Shown here: positions 26,454-35,149 of the stretch, one piece after another | Layout: the number at the start of each line of letters is the position of its first letter | Position numbering within the stretch: the stretch's first letter is position 1 | Program-made: the position numbers and the translations under genes | Notes under the pieces: model-generated | What the model was told of the DNA's origin: nothing | Seen by the model: the letters and a program-made list of their open reading frames with translations, nothing else | The model's database searches: none | Assembly: GCA_964631515.1 (NCBI GenBank) | Contig: CAZVZT010000001.1 | Coordinates: forward strand, 1-35,149 | Source: an uncultured Nitrospinaceae bacterium | GTDB lineage: Bacteria; Nitrospinota; Nitrospinia; Nitrospinales; VA-1 | DNA: 35,149 bases | Direction: 5' to 3'

Positions 26454-27082
26454 TGATTGCCGTAATCGATTACGGCATGGGCAATCTTCGTTCGGTGCAG
26501 AAGGCTCTGGAAACCGTGGGCGCTCGCGCGATCTTGACCCACGATCCGAAAGAAATCCGTAACGCCGACTCTGTTGTCCTTCCCGGTGTGGGCGCGTTCA
26601 AGGACTGTATGGCCAATCTGAAGCGACTGGGTCTTGTTGACCCCGTCCGCACATCGATCGAAAGCGGAAAACCTTTTCTCGGTATCTGCCTCGGACTCCA
26701 GCTCTTGTTTGAGGAAAGCGAGGAATTTGGACCTGTTCATGGGCTCGGTATCCTTCCAGGGAAAGTTGTGCGCTTTCCTGAAGGGTGTTCCGAAACAGAA
26801 AGTGGGGCGCCGATGAAAATCCCGCACATGGGTTGGAACAGCGTCGAAGTGAAAAAAAAAGACCCGCTATTCAAAGCGGTTCCCGACAGCTCCTATTTTT
26901 ATTTTGTACACTCCTACTACGTGATTCCGGAAGATCCAACCATGGTGGCGACTACCACTCGCTACGGGGTTGAGTTTGTGTCCGGTATACAGCACGAGAA
27001 CATTTACGCGTTTCAATTTCATCCAGAAAAGAGTCAGACTTTGGGTCTATCTCTCCTCGAGCAGTTTTCGCGTCTCAATTGA
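26453..27082 (+). CDS. hisH: Imidazole glycerol phosphate synthase, glutamine amidotransferase subunit
   Basis: 209 aa with PGVGAF, GICLGLQLL (nucleophile Cys) and FHPEKS. The start overlaps the hisB stop (TAATG). Confidence 0.95.
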   Translation: MIAVIDYGMGNLRSVQKALETVGARAILTHDPKEIRNADSVVLPGVGAFKDCMANLKRLGLVDPVRTSIESGKPFLGICLGLQLLFEESEEFGPVHGLGILPGKVVRFPEGCSETESGAPMKIPHMGWNSVEVKKKDPLFKAVPDSSYFYFVHSYYVIPEDPTMVATTTRYGVEFVSGIQHENIYAFQFHPEKSQTLGLSLLEQFSRLN

Positions 27083-27996
27083 ACCCGTTAGGCGACAAAT
27101 CCCCATCTTACACGCGTGGTATTTTGATGGTGATGGTGACCCTGTCGCTTTGGGGGGTTCTTCCGATTTTTCTCAAGGTTGCCCTCAACCAATTTTCTGC
27201 CGGCACGATTGCCTGGTTCCGGTTTCTCTTTTCTTTCATTATCCTGTTAGCGTTCCTTTCAGTTTTCCGTTCTGGTGGTAGGGAAATTTTGAAACGTCCA
27301 CCCCTTCTGGGAGTTTTCGGTGGTGTGGCGCTAGCGGGGAATTATTATGGCATGACCCAGGGGGTCCATTTCAGCGGACCTTCCAATGCGGCAATCATCA
27401 TTCAAGTAGCGCCGATCCTTCTGTTTGTCGCCGGAATCGTGATCTTCCGCGAATCCGTGAGCCGGAGACAAATTATAGGAATGGCTGTGGCTGCGGCCGG
27501 ATTCTTTCTGTTTTACTTAGACCGAGCGGGAGATGCTACTGACCCAAGCCTTTACGCTCTGGCCAACGGCTGGGTTCTTTCTGCAGCGGTAGTCTGGGCG
27601 TTGTATATGATTTTTCAAAAACGGTTGAGTACCCGGTTTGAGGCGCAGTCCCTCAACCTCCTCGTGTACGGTGCGGCAGCGGTGGCGCTAGTGCCGCTGG
27701 TGGAATGGAATGAGTTCGGTAAGAGTGATGCTGCCGGATGGATCGTTCTGATCTTTCTGGGGATGAACACGCTCCTTGCCTATGGAGCTCTGGCCGAAGC
27801 GGTGGAGTGCGTTCCCTTAAGTCTCATCAGTATCCTTATCACGCTTAATCCGCTCATCACCTTGGCGGGTATGTGGGTGTTGAACACGTTTTGGGTTGAG
27901 TCGCTTCCCGCAGAAAATATTGGTTGGACAGGCTACCTTGGCGGGGCTGTGGCCGTTGGTGGGGTCACCTTGGTGGTTTCTTCACAGAAAAGCTGA
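27079..27996 (+). CDS. EamA/DMT-family transporter
   Basis: 305 aa with about 10 TM helices and a two-fold EamA-like layout. TTG 27079 overlaps the hisH stop; ATG 27127 is an alternative start. Confidence 0.75.
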   Translation: MNPLGDKSPSYTRGILMVMVTLSLWGVLPIFLKVALNQFSAGTIAWFRFLFSFIILLAFLSVFRSGGREILKRPPLLGVFGGVALAGNYYGMTQGVHFSGPSNAAIIIQVAPILLFVAGIVIFRESVSRRQIIGMAVAAAGFFLFYLDRAGDATDPSLYALANGWVLSAAVVWALYMIFQKRLSTRFEAQSLNLLVYGAAAVALVPLVEWNEFGKSDAAGWIVLIFLGMNTLLAYGALAEAVECVPLSLISILITLNPLITLAGMWVLNTFWVESLPAENIGWTGYLGGAVAVGGVTLVVSSQKS

Positions 27997-28034
27997 TCAG
28001 TGATGGGCTATATAAATCATTCTAGGGGCATGCC

Positions 28035-28241
28035 ATGGAAGGAAGGAACTCAGGACTCCGAAGCATATTTATTATTTTTTGGATTATCGGTTCCATCTTT
28101 TGGGTGCTGATTGGTGCGCTCGATGGTAATTTTTTACGTAGTGTTATCACCATCGCTATTGGGTGGGTTATTCTCTTCCTTTACTTCTGGGGCAAGGACG
28201 AATACATGCGCAGAAAATATGGTGATTTAGAGGAAGAGTGA
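28035..28241 (+). CDS. Small hypothetical membrane protein (2 TM)
   Basis: 68 aa with two clear hydrophobic helices and a charged C-terminal tail (KDEYMRRKYGDLEEE). AGGGG sits 6 nt upstream of the ATG. Confidence 0.55.
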   Translation: MEGRNSGLRSIFIIFWIIGSIFWVLIGALDGNFLRSVITIAIGWVILFLYFWGKDEYMRRKYGDLEEE

Positions 28242-28261
28242 ACTTCAGTTTCTAGTGCTAA

Positions 28262-28720
28262 TCAATTCCTGTTTTTCTTCATGGCTTTGTCGATTTCTCG
28301 GTCGGCTTCGCGTTTTTTTATCGAGGCGCGTTTGTCGTGGAGCTTCTTAGCTTTGGCTATGGCGAGCTCGGCTTTGGCTACCCCACTTTTGAAGTATAGT
28401 TTGAGGAGAACGAGGGTGTAGCCTTTTTCTTGTGCCCGTCCGATGAGTTTGTTGATTTCCCGCCGGTTAAGCAATAGTTTGCGCTTGCGTGTTGGGTGCA
28501 GGTTGTACTGATGCGCCGGACCGTAGGGGTCGATGTGACAGTTATTGAGCCATACCTCGTTCTTTTCGACGCTGGCATAACTGTCGGCTAGGTTGGCTTT
28601 TCCTTCCCGTAGAGATTTCACTTCCGGGCCGTGCAGGACCAGCCCGGCCTCTACCGTGTCTTCTATAAAATACTCGTGCCGCGCTCGTTTGTTCTGGCAG
28701 ATGATTTTGATATTGCTCAT
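28262..28720 (-). CDS. smpB: SsrA-binding protein
   Basis: 152 aa with typical SmpB sequence ([12 protein letters not shown]...[19 protein letters not shown]...) and a basic C-terminal tail. Confidence 0.95.
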   Translation of the reverse strand: MSNIKIICQNKRARHEYFIEDTVEAGLVLHGPEVKSLREGKANLADSYASVEKNEVWLNNCHIDPYGPAHQYNLHPTRKRKLLLNRREINKLIGRAQEKGYTLVLLKLYFKSGVAKAELAIAKAKKLHDKRASIKKREADREIDKAMKKNRN

Positions 28721-28741
28721 GATCCTTCTGACTGGATAGGG

Positions 28742-30064
28742 TCAGGATTGGACGCATCCGATAACCTGGTTTTCATTTGCTTCCTCGATGCGGACTGGAA
28801 TTAGACGATTGCGCATGGGGGCTTCTCCGCGAACGCGGATGGGGATGTAATGCTCGGAATGTCCTTTTAATGTTCCATCGTTATCTTCACTACTCTCTAT
28901 GAGGACGGTGGCGGTTTGACCGATGAATCCGCGGCGGAACTCGAGCGATTTTCTCTTCGCCAGCTCGGTTAGAATCCGATTGCGCTCTCGCTTGACTGTT
29001 TTTGAAATGTTGTTCTTAAATCCGGCGGCTTCCGTTCCGTTGCGGGGCGAGTAAGAGAACACGTGCAAGTAGGAGAAGGGGAGGTCCTCGATCAGTTGAC
29101 GCGTGCGCTCGAATTGTTCCTCGGTTTCTCCAGGGAAACCTACAATCACGTCCGCACCCAAGCCCAGGGGAGCGATTCTCTCTGTGGCGCGCCGGACAAC
29201 GAGTTCATACTGTCTGGCTGTATAGTTCCGACGCATGCGGGAAAGGATGGTGTCGTCCCCGCTTTGCAGGGGAATGTGAAAATGCGGACAGATTTTTTTA
29301 TGCCGGGAGACAAGAGCGACAAGATCGTCGTCGATTTCCATGGGATTGATTGAGCTCAATCGCACGCGAAAGTCGCCAGGTAAATCAGCGATATCCTGTA
29401 ATAATGATGAGAAGGTTTCTTTTGAATTAAGATCCATGCCCCAAGTGCCGAGGTTGATCCCGGTGAGGGTGATTTCCTTATACCCGGCGCCAACGGCCTG
29501 GCGCACATTGTGAAGCACGTTTTCCCGAGAGTCGCTTGCGGAGGCTCCGCGCGCGCGCACGACGGTGCAGAAGGAACATTTTTCGTCGCATCCGGTTTGT
29601 ACCTTGATAAAAGCCTTAGTGCGATCTTGGAAACGGGTGACGGGGAGGGCGCGGAACGTCCGCTTGCCATGGATATCGGACATGCGGATTTCTGCGGGTC
29701 CGGATTGTTTTTCGGTATGGCCTTCCTGCAGCTTACTCTTGAGCAGGTTGGCGATTTCCAGTTTGTCGGCGTTACCGAGGATAACGTCGAGTCCATCCAG
29801 TCGGGCCGATTCCTTGGGGTTAAGTTGAGCATAGCAACCCGTGAAGACCACCATGGCGTTTTCGTTGATAGCCAGTGATTTTTTAACTGCGTGGCGGGAG
29901 CTGTAGTCACTCCGCTGAGTCACGGTGCAGGTATTGATGACGTAAATATCCGCCGTTTCGGAAGGGTTGACTATAGAGAACCCTTCCTGCTCAAGAAGTA
30001 CCTGCATTTCCGCCGTGTCGTGCTGGTTGGTACGGCACCCTAATGTGGTGAAAGCGACTTTCAT
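28742..30064 (-). CDS. mtaB: Radical SAM methylthiotransferase, MtaB-like (tRNA t6A37 methylthiotransferase)
   Basis: The N-terminal MTTase motif is TLGCRTNQHD and the radical SAM motif is CDEKCSFC; a TRAM-like C-terminus follows. The start was set at ATG 30064 (MKVAFTTLGC). The track start at 30118 adds 18 aa, is not excluded, and neither start has a strong SD. Confidence 0.85.
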   Translation of the reverse strand: MKVAFTTLGCRTNQHDTAEMQVLLEQEGFSIVNPSETADIYVINTCTVTQRSDYSSRHAVKKSLAINENAMVVFTGCYAQLNPKESARLDGLDVILGNADKLEIANLLKSKLQEGHTEKQSGPAEIRMSDIHGKRTFRALPVTRFQDRTKAFIKVQTGCDEKCSFCTVVRARGASASDSRENVLHNVRQAVGAGYKEITLTGINLGTWGMDLNSKETFSSLLQDIADLPGDFRVRLSSINPMEIDDDLVALVSRHKKICPHFHIPLQSGDDTILSRMRRNYTARQYELVVRRATERIAPLGLGADVIVGFPGETEEQFERTRQLIEDLPFSYLHVFSYSPRNGTEAAGFKNNISKTVKRERNRILTELAKRKSLEFRRGFIGQTATVLIESSEDNDGTLKGHSEHYIPIRVRGEAPMRNRLIPVRIEEANENQVIGCVQS

Positions 30065-30183
30065 TTTTGTAGGTGTTTTGTGAAACGACTGTCGGCTCAA
30101 CATGACATGAAAACTCATCCCAGTCCAGCGTTTTCAACGAATAACCACATGACCCAAGTGCCCATTCAATGGATCCCACGGGG

Positions 30184-30212
30184 TTGACCGGTATGGGGGG
30201 GTCTGCTACTAT
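30184..30212 (+). promoter_or_regulatory. Candidate promoter for the GlmU-like / glmS gene string
   Basis: TTGACC (30184-30189), 17-nt spacer, TACTAT (30207-30212). This would give a leader of about 145 nt. Confidence 0.3.
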
Positions 30213-30363
30213 CCGGCGAAATCCTGCGTTTGCAAAAGACACTTTTGGCCTACCTGAAAAAGCCGCTGGTGGACAGTTTTAAATCTAGTTTTCCCTTTAA
30301 GTTGTACAAAAAATTTTCAAGCAACAGTACTTTGATAAAAAATATTCAAAGGTGTGACCCCCT

Positions 30364-31116
30364 ATGAAATTTAAGAGCCTCGCGGTCATTGTGCTTGCGG
30401 CTGGGAAAGGCACTCGGATGGAATCCCCTCTTGCTAAAGTGCTTCAACCGCTTGGTGGCCGTCCTTTATTGCATTATGTTCTGGACTCCCTCGCTCCGCT
30501 TCAAGCTAACCGTTCGATTATTGTGGTCGGATTTCAATCGGACCGCGTGAGGTTGGAGTTTTCGAACCACGAGCTTGAATTCGCTGAACAGAGAGAACAG
30601 TTGGGGACGGGCCATGCCGCGAGACAGGCGGAGTCGGTGTTGGCCGATTTTGAAGGAGATGTTCTGGTCGTTTGCGGAGACATGCCGTTCGTTAAATCCA
30701 CGACACTGGCCACCCTGCTGGAACGGCACCGTGAAACGGGTGCCCTGTGTACGCTATTAACACTTAAAACACCGGAAAAAAAAGACTTTGGCTGTATTAT
30801 CCGTGACGAAAAGGGGGCTGTAGTCAGGATCGTCGAGCAGAAAGACGCCTCAATTGAGGAAAAAAAGGTTTACGAATTCAACGCAGGGGTTTATTGTTTT
30901 GATAAATGTTTTCTTTTCAATGCATTAGCTTCGCTCGACAACGACAATGCTCAGAAAGAATTTTATTTGACCGATACGATACGTTATATAGTGGAGAGCG
31001 GTTTTGGTGTAGAAGCCGTACAAATTCAAGATGCTGCGGAACTGTTTGGGATCAATTCCATGAAAGATTTGGAGCGAGCCGAGCAGTTTTTGGCGGAACA
31101 AACCCAATCCTCATAA
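30364..31116 (+). CDS. GlmU-like sugar-1-phosphate nucleotidyltransferase: pyrophosphorylase domain only, no acetyltransferase domain
   Basis: 250 aa. The N-terminus, LAAGKGTRMESPLAKVLQPLGGRPLL, matches the bacterial GlmU signature. The protein ends in the linker-helix region, and only 43 nt separate it from the next gene. Confidence 0.8.
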   Translation: MKFKSLAVIVLAAGKGTRMESPLAKVLQPLGGRPLLHYVLDSLAPLQANRSIIVVGFQSDRVRLEFSNHELEFAEQREQLGTGHAARQAESVLADFEGDVLVVCGDMPFVKSTTLATLLERHRETGALCTLLTLKTPEKKDFGCIIRDEKGAVVRIVEQKDASIEEKKVYEFNAGVYCFDKCFLFNALASLDNDNAQKEFYLTDTIRYIVESGFGVEAVQIQDAAELFGINSMKDLERAEQFLAEQTQSS

Positions 31117-31159
31117 GCTTATCACGCGTCGCGTAAGCGTCATCAAGGACGAGGTCTAA

Positions 31160-32368
31160 ATGAAAACCATTCTCCTCGCCGCCGGCAAGGGCACCAACCT
31201 CGAACCGTTTTCGGCCACTCGCCCGATCCCTATGATCTCGATTGCGGGCAAGACCCTGCTGGAAAACAGCCTGACCCAGTTGAAAAATGCGGGGATCAAC
31301 GACATTTTTCTCGTCGTGGGTCATCATAAAGAGAAACTCCAGGACATTGTTGCCTCACGTTCCGGCGGTGGAATGAATATCCGCTGCATAGAACAGAAGA
31401 AAAGTAGCGGAATTGGCGATGCGGTGTTGCAGGCGAAGGATAGTATTTTACCGGGTGAATATTTTCTTCTTATTTATGGAGATACGGTAACTGCTGAAAA
31501 TATTTGCAGCAAGGTACTGCAGTCGTTTCACTCGTTTAAACGCCCCGTTGCTTCGATTTGTTTACCGCCCTCCAATGAAAGTTTTGGCAACGTATTTTTG
31601 AACGCACAAATGAAAATCACCAAGATTATCGAAAAACCCAAGGGAGACAACTTCGGGAATTACGTATTGGCGGGTGTTTTTGTTTTGCCACAATCGTTTT
31701 TCAGCTTGCTGGAAAAGAACCAGCGGTCCATGGAAAAGGCTCTCAAGGTGCTGGTAAAAGAAGGTGACCTAATGGCTTCGATGTGGGAAGACGAGTGGCT
31801 TGACATCGTTTACCCCTGGGAAATTCTCAAGGCCAATCGGATTGTTCTGGACTCATGGGCCCGTTCCTCCATTGCCAAGTCCGCGGTTCTGGAGTCAAAT
31901 GTAACGATTCAGGGAATTGTCAACATTGAAGAGGATGTCGTCATCAAGGCCGGTGCTGTTCTGGAGGGTCCCTGCTTCATCGGCAAGGGAACCTATGTAG
32001 GTAATAACTCATTGGTTCGCAGCTATACTTCGATCGGAGGTAAGTGCTCTGTGGGTTATGGTGTGGAACTTAAGAATTGTGTGGTCTTGCAAAACTCGAG
32101 AATCGGACGGTTATCCTTCATCGGTGATAGTGTTCTTGGTGAAAACGTCGATATCGGGGCTGGATCCATGACTGTGAACCGAACGGTAGATTGGAAACCG
32201 ATTCAGATGCAGAATGGGAAGAGGTCTTTTCCCTCTGGCCTGACAAAATTGGGCGCATTTATTGGCGATAATGTGACGATCGGGGCGGGAAACACTATTC
32301 AACCGGGAACCGTGGTTACCTCGGGAAAAACTCTTTCCTCCCAGTATTCAGTCACCAGCAAAACGTAA
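31160..32368 (+). CDS. Archaeal-type bifunctional-architecture nucleotidyltransferase plus left-handed beta-helix acetyltransferase (GlmU-like)
   Basis: 402 aa. The N-terminal NTP-transferase fold carries LAAGKGTNLEPFSATRP. The C-terminus has hexapeptide repeats (IGKGTYVGNNSLV, IGDSVLGENVDIGAGS, IGDNVTIGAGNTI). Confidence 0.8.
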   Translation: MKTILLAAGKGTNLEPFSATRPIPMISIAGKTLLENSLTQLKNAGINDIFLVVGHHKEKLQDIVASRSGGGMNIRCIEQKKSSGIGDAVLQAKDSILPGEYFLLIYGDTVTAENICSKVLQSFHSFKRPVASICLPPSNESFGNVFLNAQMKITKIIEKPKGDNFGNYVLAGVFVLPQSFFSLLEKNQRSMEKALKVLVKEGDLMASMWEDEWLDIVYPWEILKANRIVLDSWARSSIAKSAVLESNVTIQGIVNIEEDVVIKAGAVLEGPCFIGKGTYVGNNSLVRSYTSIGGKCSVGYGVELKNCVVLQNSRIGRLSFIGDSVLGENVDIGAGSMTVNRTVDWKPIQMQNGKRSFPSGLTKLGAFIGDNVTIGAGNTIQPGTVVTSGKTLSSQYSVTSKT

Positions 32369-32382
32369 TAAAGGAATAGCTC

Positions 32383-34203
32383 ATGTGTGGGATCAATGGT
32401 GTAGTCGGGTTGAATAATATTTCAGAGGTTCTGTTTGAGGGGATCCGTAACTTGGAGTACCGCGGATATGACTCCTGTGGAGTTGCCTTGATGAATAAGA
32501 AACACCTGATTGTCCGAAAAAATATCGGAGGGGTAGAGGAAATTTTTCATAGGGAGAATATTCTCTCGAAAAAAAGTAAGGTTGGCATTGCTCATACTCG
32601 TTGGGCGACTCACGGAACAGTGACCCGTGATAATACACATCCTTTTACTTCCTGTGATGGAGCGTTCGCGGTGGTCCATAACGGTATTCTATCCAACTAT
32701 CGATTTCTTCGGGATGGGTTGATCGGTGAAGGACATCAGTTTGACTCGGACACGGATACCGAAGTAATTCCCCACTTGTTGGAAAAGCATTATAAGGAGT
32801 GCAACGATGTTGAGGTGGCATTGGTGAAAACTCTGAATATGCTGGAAGGAACCTTTGCCCTTGCGATTATTTCCATTTATCATCCTGACCAAATTTTCTG
32901 CGCCCGGAGGGAATCTCCGCTGATGCTGGGGATCGGTGATGAGTTAAAGTTTGTTGGCTCTGATTTCAACGCGTTCATTGATTATACCAAGAATGCGATT
33001 ATTATCGGGGACGGTGAGTATGCCATCTTGTCCAGGGATTCCTACGTGGTCAAAAGTTACCTAACGCAGAAAGAGGTGAGCAAATCTATTACCAAAATCG
33101 AATGGGACAACGAGGCGGCTAAAAAAGGTGGGTACCCACATTACATGCTCAAGGAAATCTATGAGCAACCGCAGACCATCACTACGGCCTTGGAACTGGA
33201 TTCGGCGTCACTAGACGAACTTGTCGGAATGATTCAAAAAAGTGAAGATGTCTATCTCGTGGGAGTCGGTACCACTTTTTATGTTTCTAAATTTTCAAAA
33301 TATTTATTCTCCTCGCTGGCGGATCAATTCATTCCTGCGATTAGTTCGGATGAATTCACTTCCCTGGCTACGGTGGATAAGAAAACACTGGTACTTACCA
33401 CTTCTCAGTCAGGTGAAACTTTCGATACTATTTCTGCGCTTAAATATGCTAAATCCAAAGGAGCGAAAACTGCCGCAATTGTGAATGTGATGGGCTCCTC
33501 TATTTCACGTCTAGTCGATAAGGTGATTTTACAAGGGTCCGGGCCTGAGATTTGCGTGATCAGCACCAAGGCGGCCTTTACGCAGATGGTCATCATGATG
33601 CTTTTGGCATTGCGGCTTGGGCTCAAAAGGAAGGTGCTCGCTAGAAAGGAGTTTGATGAATCTCTGGCGGCGCTTCGTGAATTACCCGGTATTATTCAAA
33701 GTATATTGAACGAGCGATCCGGGTTCATCCATCGGGTTGCGCACAATTATGCCAAAATCAAAAACTGGCTGTATCTTGGGCGGGGAATATATTACCCAGT
33801 TGCCTTAGAATCGGCTCTTAAAATGAAGGAAGTTGCCTATGTGCATGCCGAGGGGATGTCTGGTGGCTTCCTCAAGCACGGAACATTGGCGATGATTGAT
33901 AACGAAGTCAATAGCATTGTATTTGTCCCTCCCTGTGAAGACAAAGAATTATACGAAGCCACTCTGCGCAGTGTGGAGGAAATACGTGCTCGCTCCGGAT
34001 TTGTTTTCGGCATCCATTTTGACGAAAAGGGAAGGAACAGGGGTCTGTTTAACGAAGAACTGATTCTGCCGAATGTTTCTACACTTGTTGCCCCGTTGAT
34101 CCAACTGGTGATCGGACAATTGTTTGCCTATTTCACAGCTATCTCCCTCAAACGCAATATTGACAAGCCTCGATCTCTGGCTAAGTCGGTGACCGTAGGA
34201 TAA
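32383..34203 (+). CDS. glmS: Glutamine--fructose-6-phosphate aminotransferase
   Basis: 606 aa with the MCGI N-terminal nucleophile, two SIS domains and the C-terminal LAKSVTVG. Confidence 0.95.
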   Translation: MCGINGVVGLNNISEVLFEGIRNLEYRGYDSCGVALMNKKHLIVRKNIGGVEEIFHRENILSKKSKVGIAHTRWATHGTVTRDNTHPFTSCDGAFAVVHNGILSNYRFLRDGLIGEGHQFDSDTDTEVIPHLLEKHYKECNDVEVALVKTLNMLEGTFALAIISIYHPDQIFCARRESPLMLGIGDELKFVGSDFNAFIDYTKNAIIIGDGEYAILSRDSYVVKSYLTQKEVSKSITKIEWDNEAAKKGGYPHYMLKEIYEQPQTITTALELDSASLDELVGMIQKSEDVYLVGVGTTFYVSKFSKYLFSSLADQFIPAISSDEFTSLATVDKKTLVLTTSQSGETFDTISALKYAKSKGAKTAAIVNVMGSSISRLVDKVILQGSGPEICVISTKAAFTQMVIMMLLALRLGLKRKVLARKEFDESLAALRELPGIIQSILNERSGFIHRVAHNYAKIKNWLYLGRGIYYPVALESALKMKEVAYVHAEGMSGGFLKHGTLAMIDNEVNSIVFVPPCEDKELYEATLRSVEEIRARSGFVFGIHFDEKGRNRGLFNEELILPNVSTLVAPLIQLVIGQLFAYFTAISLKRNIDKPRSLAKSVTVG

Positions 34204-34334
34204 CCCTTCCAGAAAAAAATATTTCACGCCCGTTTTTTCTATTCGCTCTACTTGTTAAGTTGTTGCCAACGTTTGGCTCGTTCTGTTAGAGTGCTGAATT
34301 CCATTTATTTTAGATTTTAAACCACTAGGGTTTT

Positions 34335-35149
34335 ATGAAAAGAGTCAAAACAGCTCTTACTATCGCTGGGTTTGATCCGAGTGGAGGCGCTGGGTTACAA
34401 GCTGACTTGAAAACTTTTGCTGCCTGCAGAATTGCCGGAAAATCGGTGGCTACCTCGATAACGGTTCAGAACACCTCCGGAGTACTCAGTACGCACGATC
34501 TGCCTTCCGATATTGTCGAGAAGCAACTCGATGCACTGTTTAAAGATGGGAAACCGCATGCCATAAAAACGGGAATGCTGGGAAACGAGTCGACTGTGGA
34601 ATGCGTTGCTCGCACGCTCCGGCGGAATCGTGTAAAAAATCTCGTAATCGACCCTGTGATTCGTTCGTCCTCGGGGAAAACGTTGCTTTCGGCGAAAGGA
34701 GTGCAGGTTCTCAAAGAGCGACTTTTCCCGATAAGTTTGCTCGTAACTCCGAACCTGGGTGAAGCCGAGGCTTTGTCTGGGGTCCGCATCCGCAAGGCCT
34801 CCGATCGGCTCCGTGCGGCACGTGCCCTGCTAAAAAGTGGGGCGAAAAATGTGTTGATTAAAGGAGGGCATTTGAAAGGCAGGCCCCAGGATTTTTTCTT
34901 TGACGGAGGGGATCCGCTCCTTCTGGATTCGGATCGCTTAAGCGGCGAGGACGTACACGGGACAGGATGTGTTTTGGCGGCGGCGGTAACCGCGGGCCTG
35001 GCTCAGGGGTTAGATCTTATTTCGGCGGTTCGGGAGGCCAAGAACTTTATCTGCCTTGCTATTGGTGGTGCGGTGAGGTCCGGAAAGGGGGCGCCGCAAG
35101 TCGAGCCTCTTGCCGGACTTTACCACGGCAGTGATCGGTACGATTTGTT
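34335..35149 (+). CDS. thiD: Hydroxymethylpyrimidine/phosphomethylpyrimidine kinase (3' end outside the window)
   Basis: Not in the track because it has no stop in the window. My translation is MKRVKTALTIAGFDPSGGAGLQADLKTF...HGTGCVLAAAV..., with 271 codons open to the window edge. Confidence 0.85.
   Translation, partial: MKRVKTALTIAGFDPSGGAGLQADLKTFAACRIAGKSVATSITVQNTSGVLSTHDLPSDIVEKQLDALFKDGKPHAIKTGMLGNESTVECVARTLRRNRVKNLVIDPVIRSSSGKTLLSAKGVQVLKERLFPISLLVTPNLGEAEALSGVRIRKASDRLRAARALLKSGAKNVLIKGGHLKGRPQDFFFDGGDPLLLDSDRLSGEDVHGTGCVLAAAVTAGLAQGLDLISAVREAKNFICLAIGGAVRSGKGAPQVEPLAGLYHGSDRYDL

Noticed and set aside
27997-28261. tmRNA (ssrA) next to smpB.
   Set aside because: No tRNA-like acceptor/T-arm sequence (GGTTCGAnTCC ... 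CCA) is visible on either strand. The segment is only 265 nt and is better explained by a 68-aa membrane ORF.
34204-34334. TPP riboswitch upstream of thiD, and a glmS ribozyme upstream of glmS (32369-32382).
   Set aside because: The conserved TPP-riboswitch core sequences are not present. The gap before glmS is only 14 nt, which is too short for a ribozyme.

Overview
This is a densely coding bacterial chromosomal window, and almost all of it is housekeeping. Gene order, left to right: the 3' end of a membrane-anchored hypothetical gene; a monocistronic orphan membrane-protein gene (864-2261); a near-consensus promoter followed by a contiguous complex I operon nuoA-B-C-D-E-F-G-H-I-J-K-L-M (2554-15397) that lacks nuoN; sfsA; a SAM-dependent methyltransferase. 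A minus-strand block follows with nhaD, argD, argF, tgt and a candidate 31-aa membrane peptide. Next comes a tightly packed plus-strand string, ispA-dxs-hisB-hisH-EamA transporter, then a 68-aa membrane protein and minus-strand mtaB-smpB. The window ends with two GlmU-like genes, glmS, and a thiD that runs off the 3' edge. By eye I found no rRNA, tRNA, tmRNA, CRISPR array, transposase/integrase or recognisable riboswitch. I cannot point to a clear novel multi-gene system. The best leads are: the orphan 2TM / degenerate-PLD-like / beta-sandwich protein; the missing nuoN together with a divergent NuoM motif; the GlmU-like gene pair before glmS; and several structured or repeated non-coding elements (nuoI-nuoJ spacer, nhaD/ispA divergent region, sfsA-methyltransferase spacer). 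All family calls come from motif recognition by eye. No searches were run.
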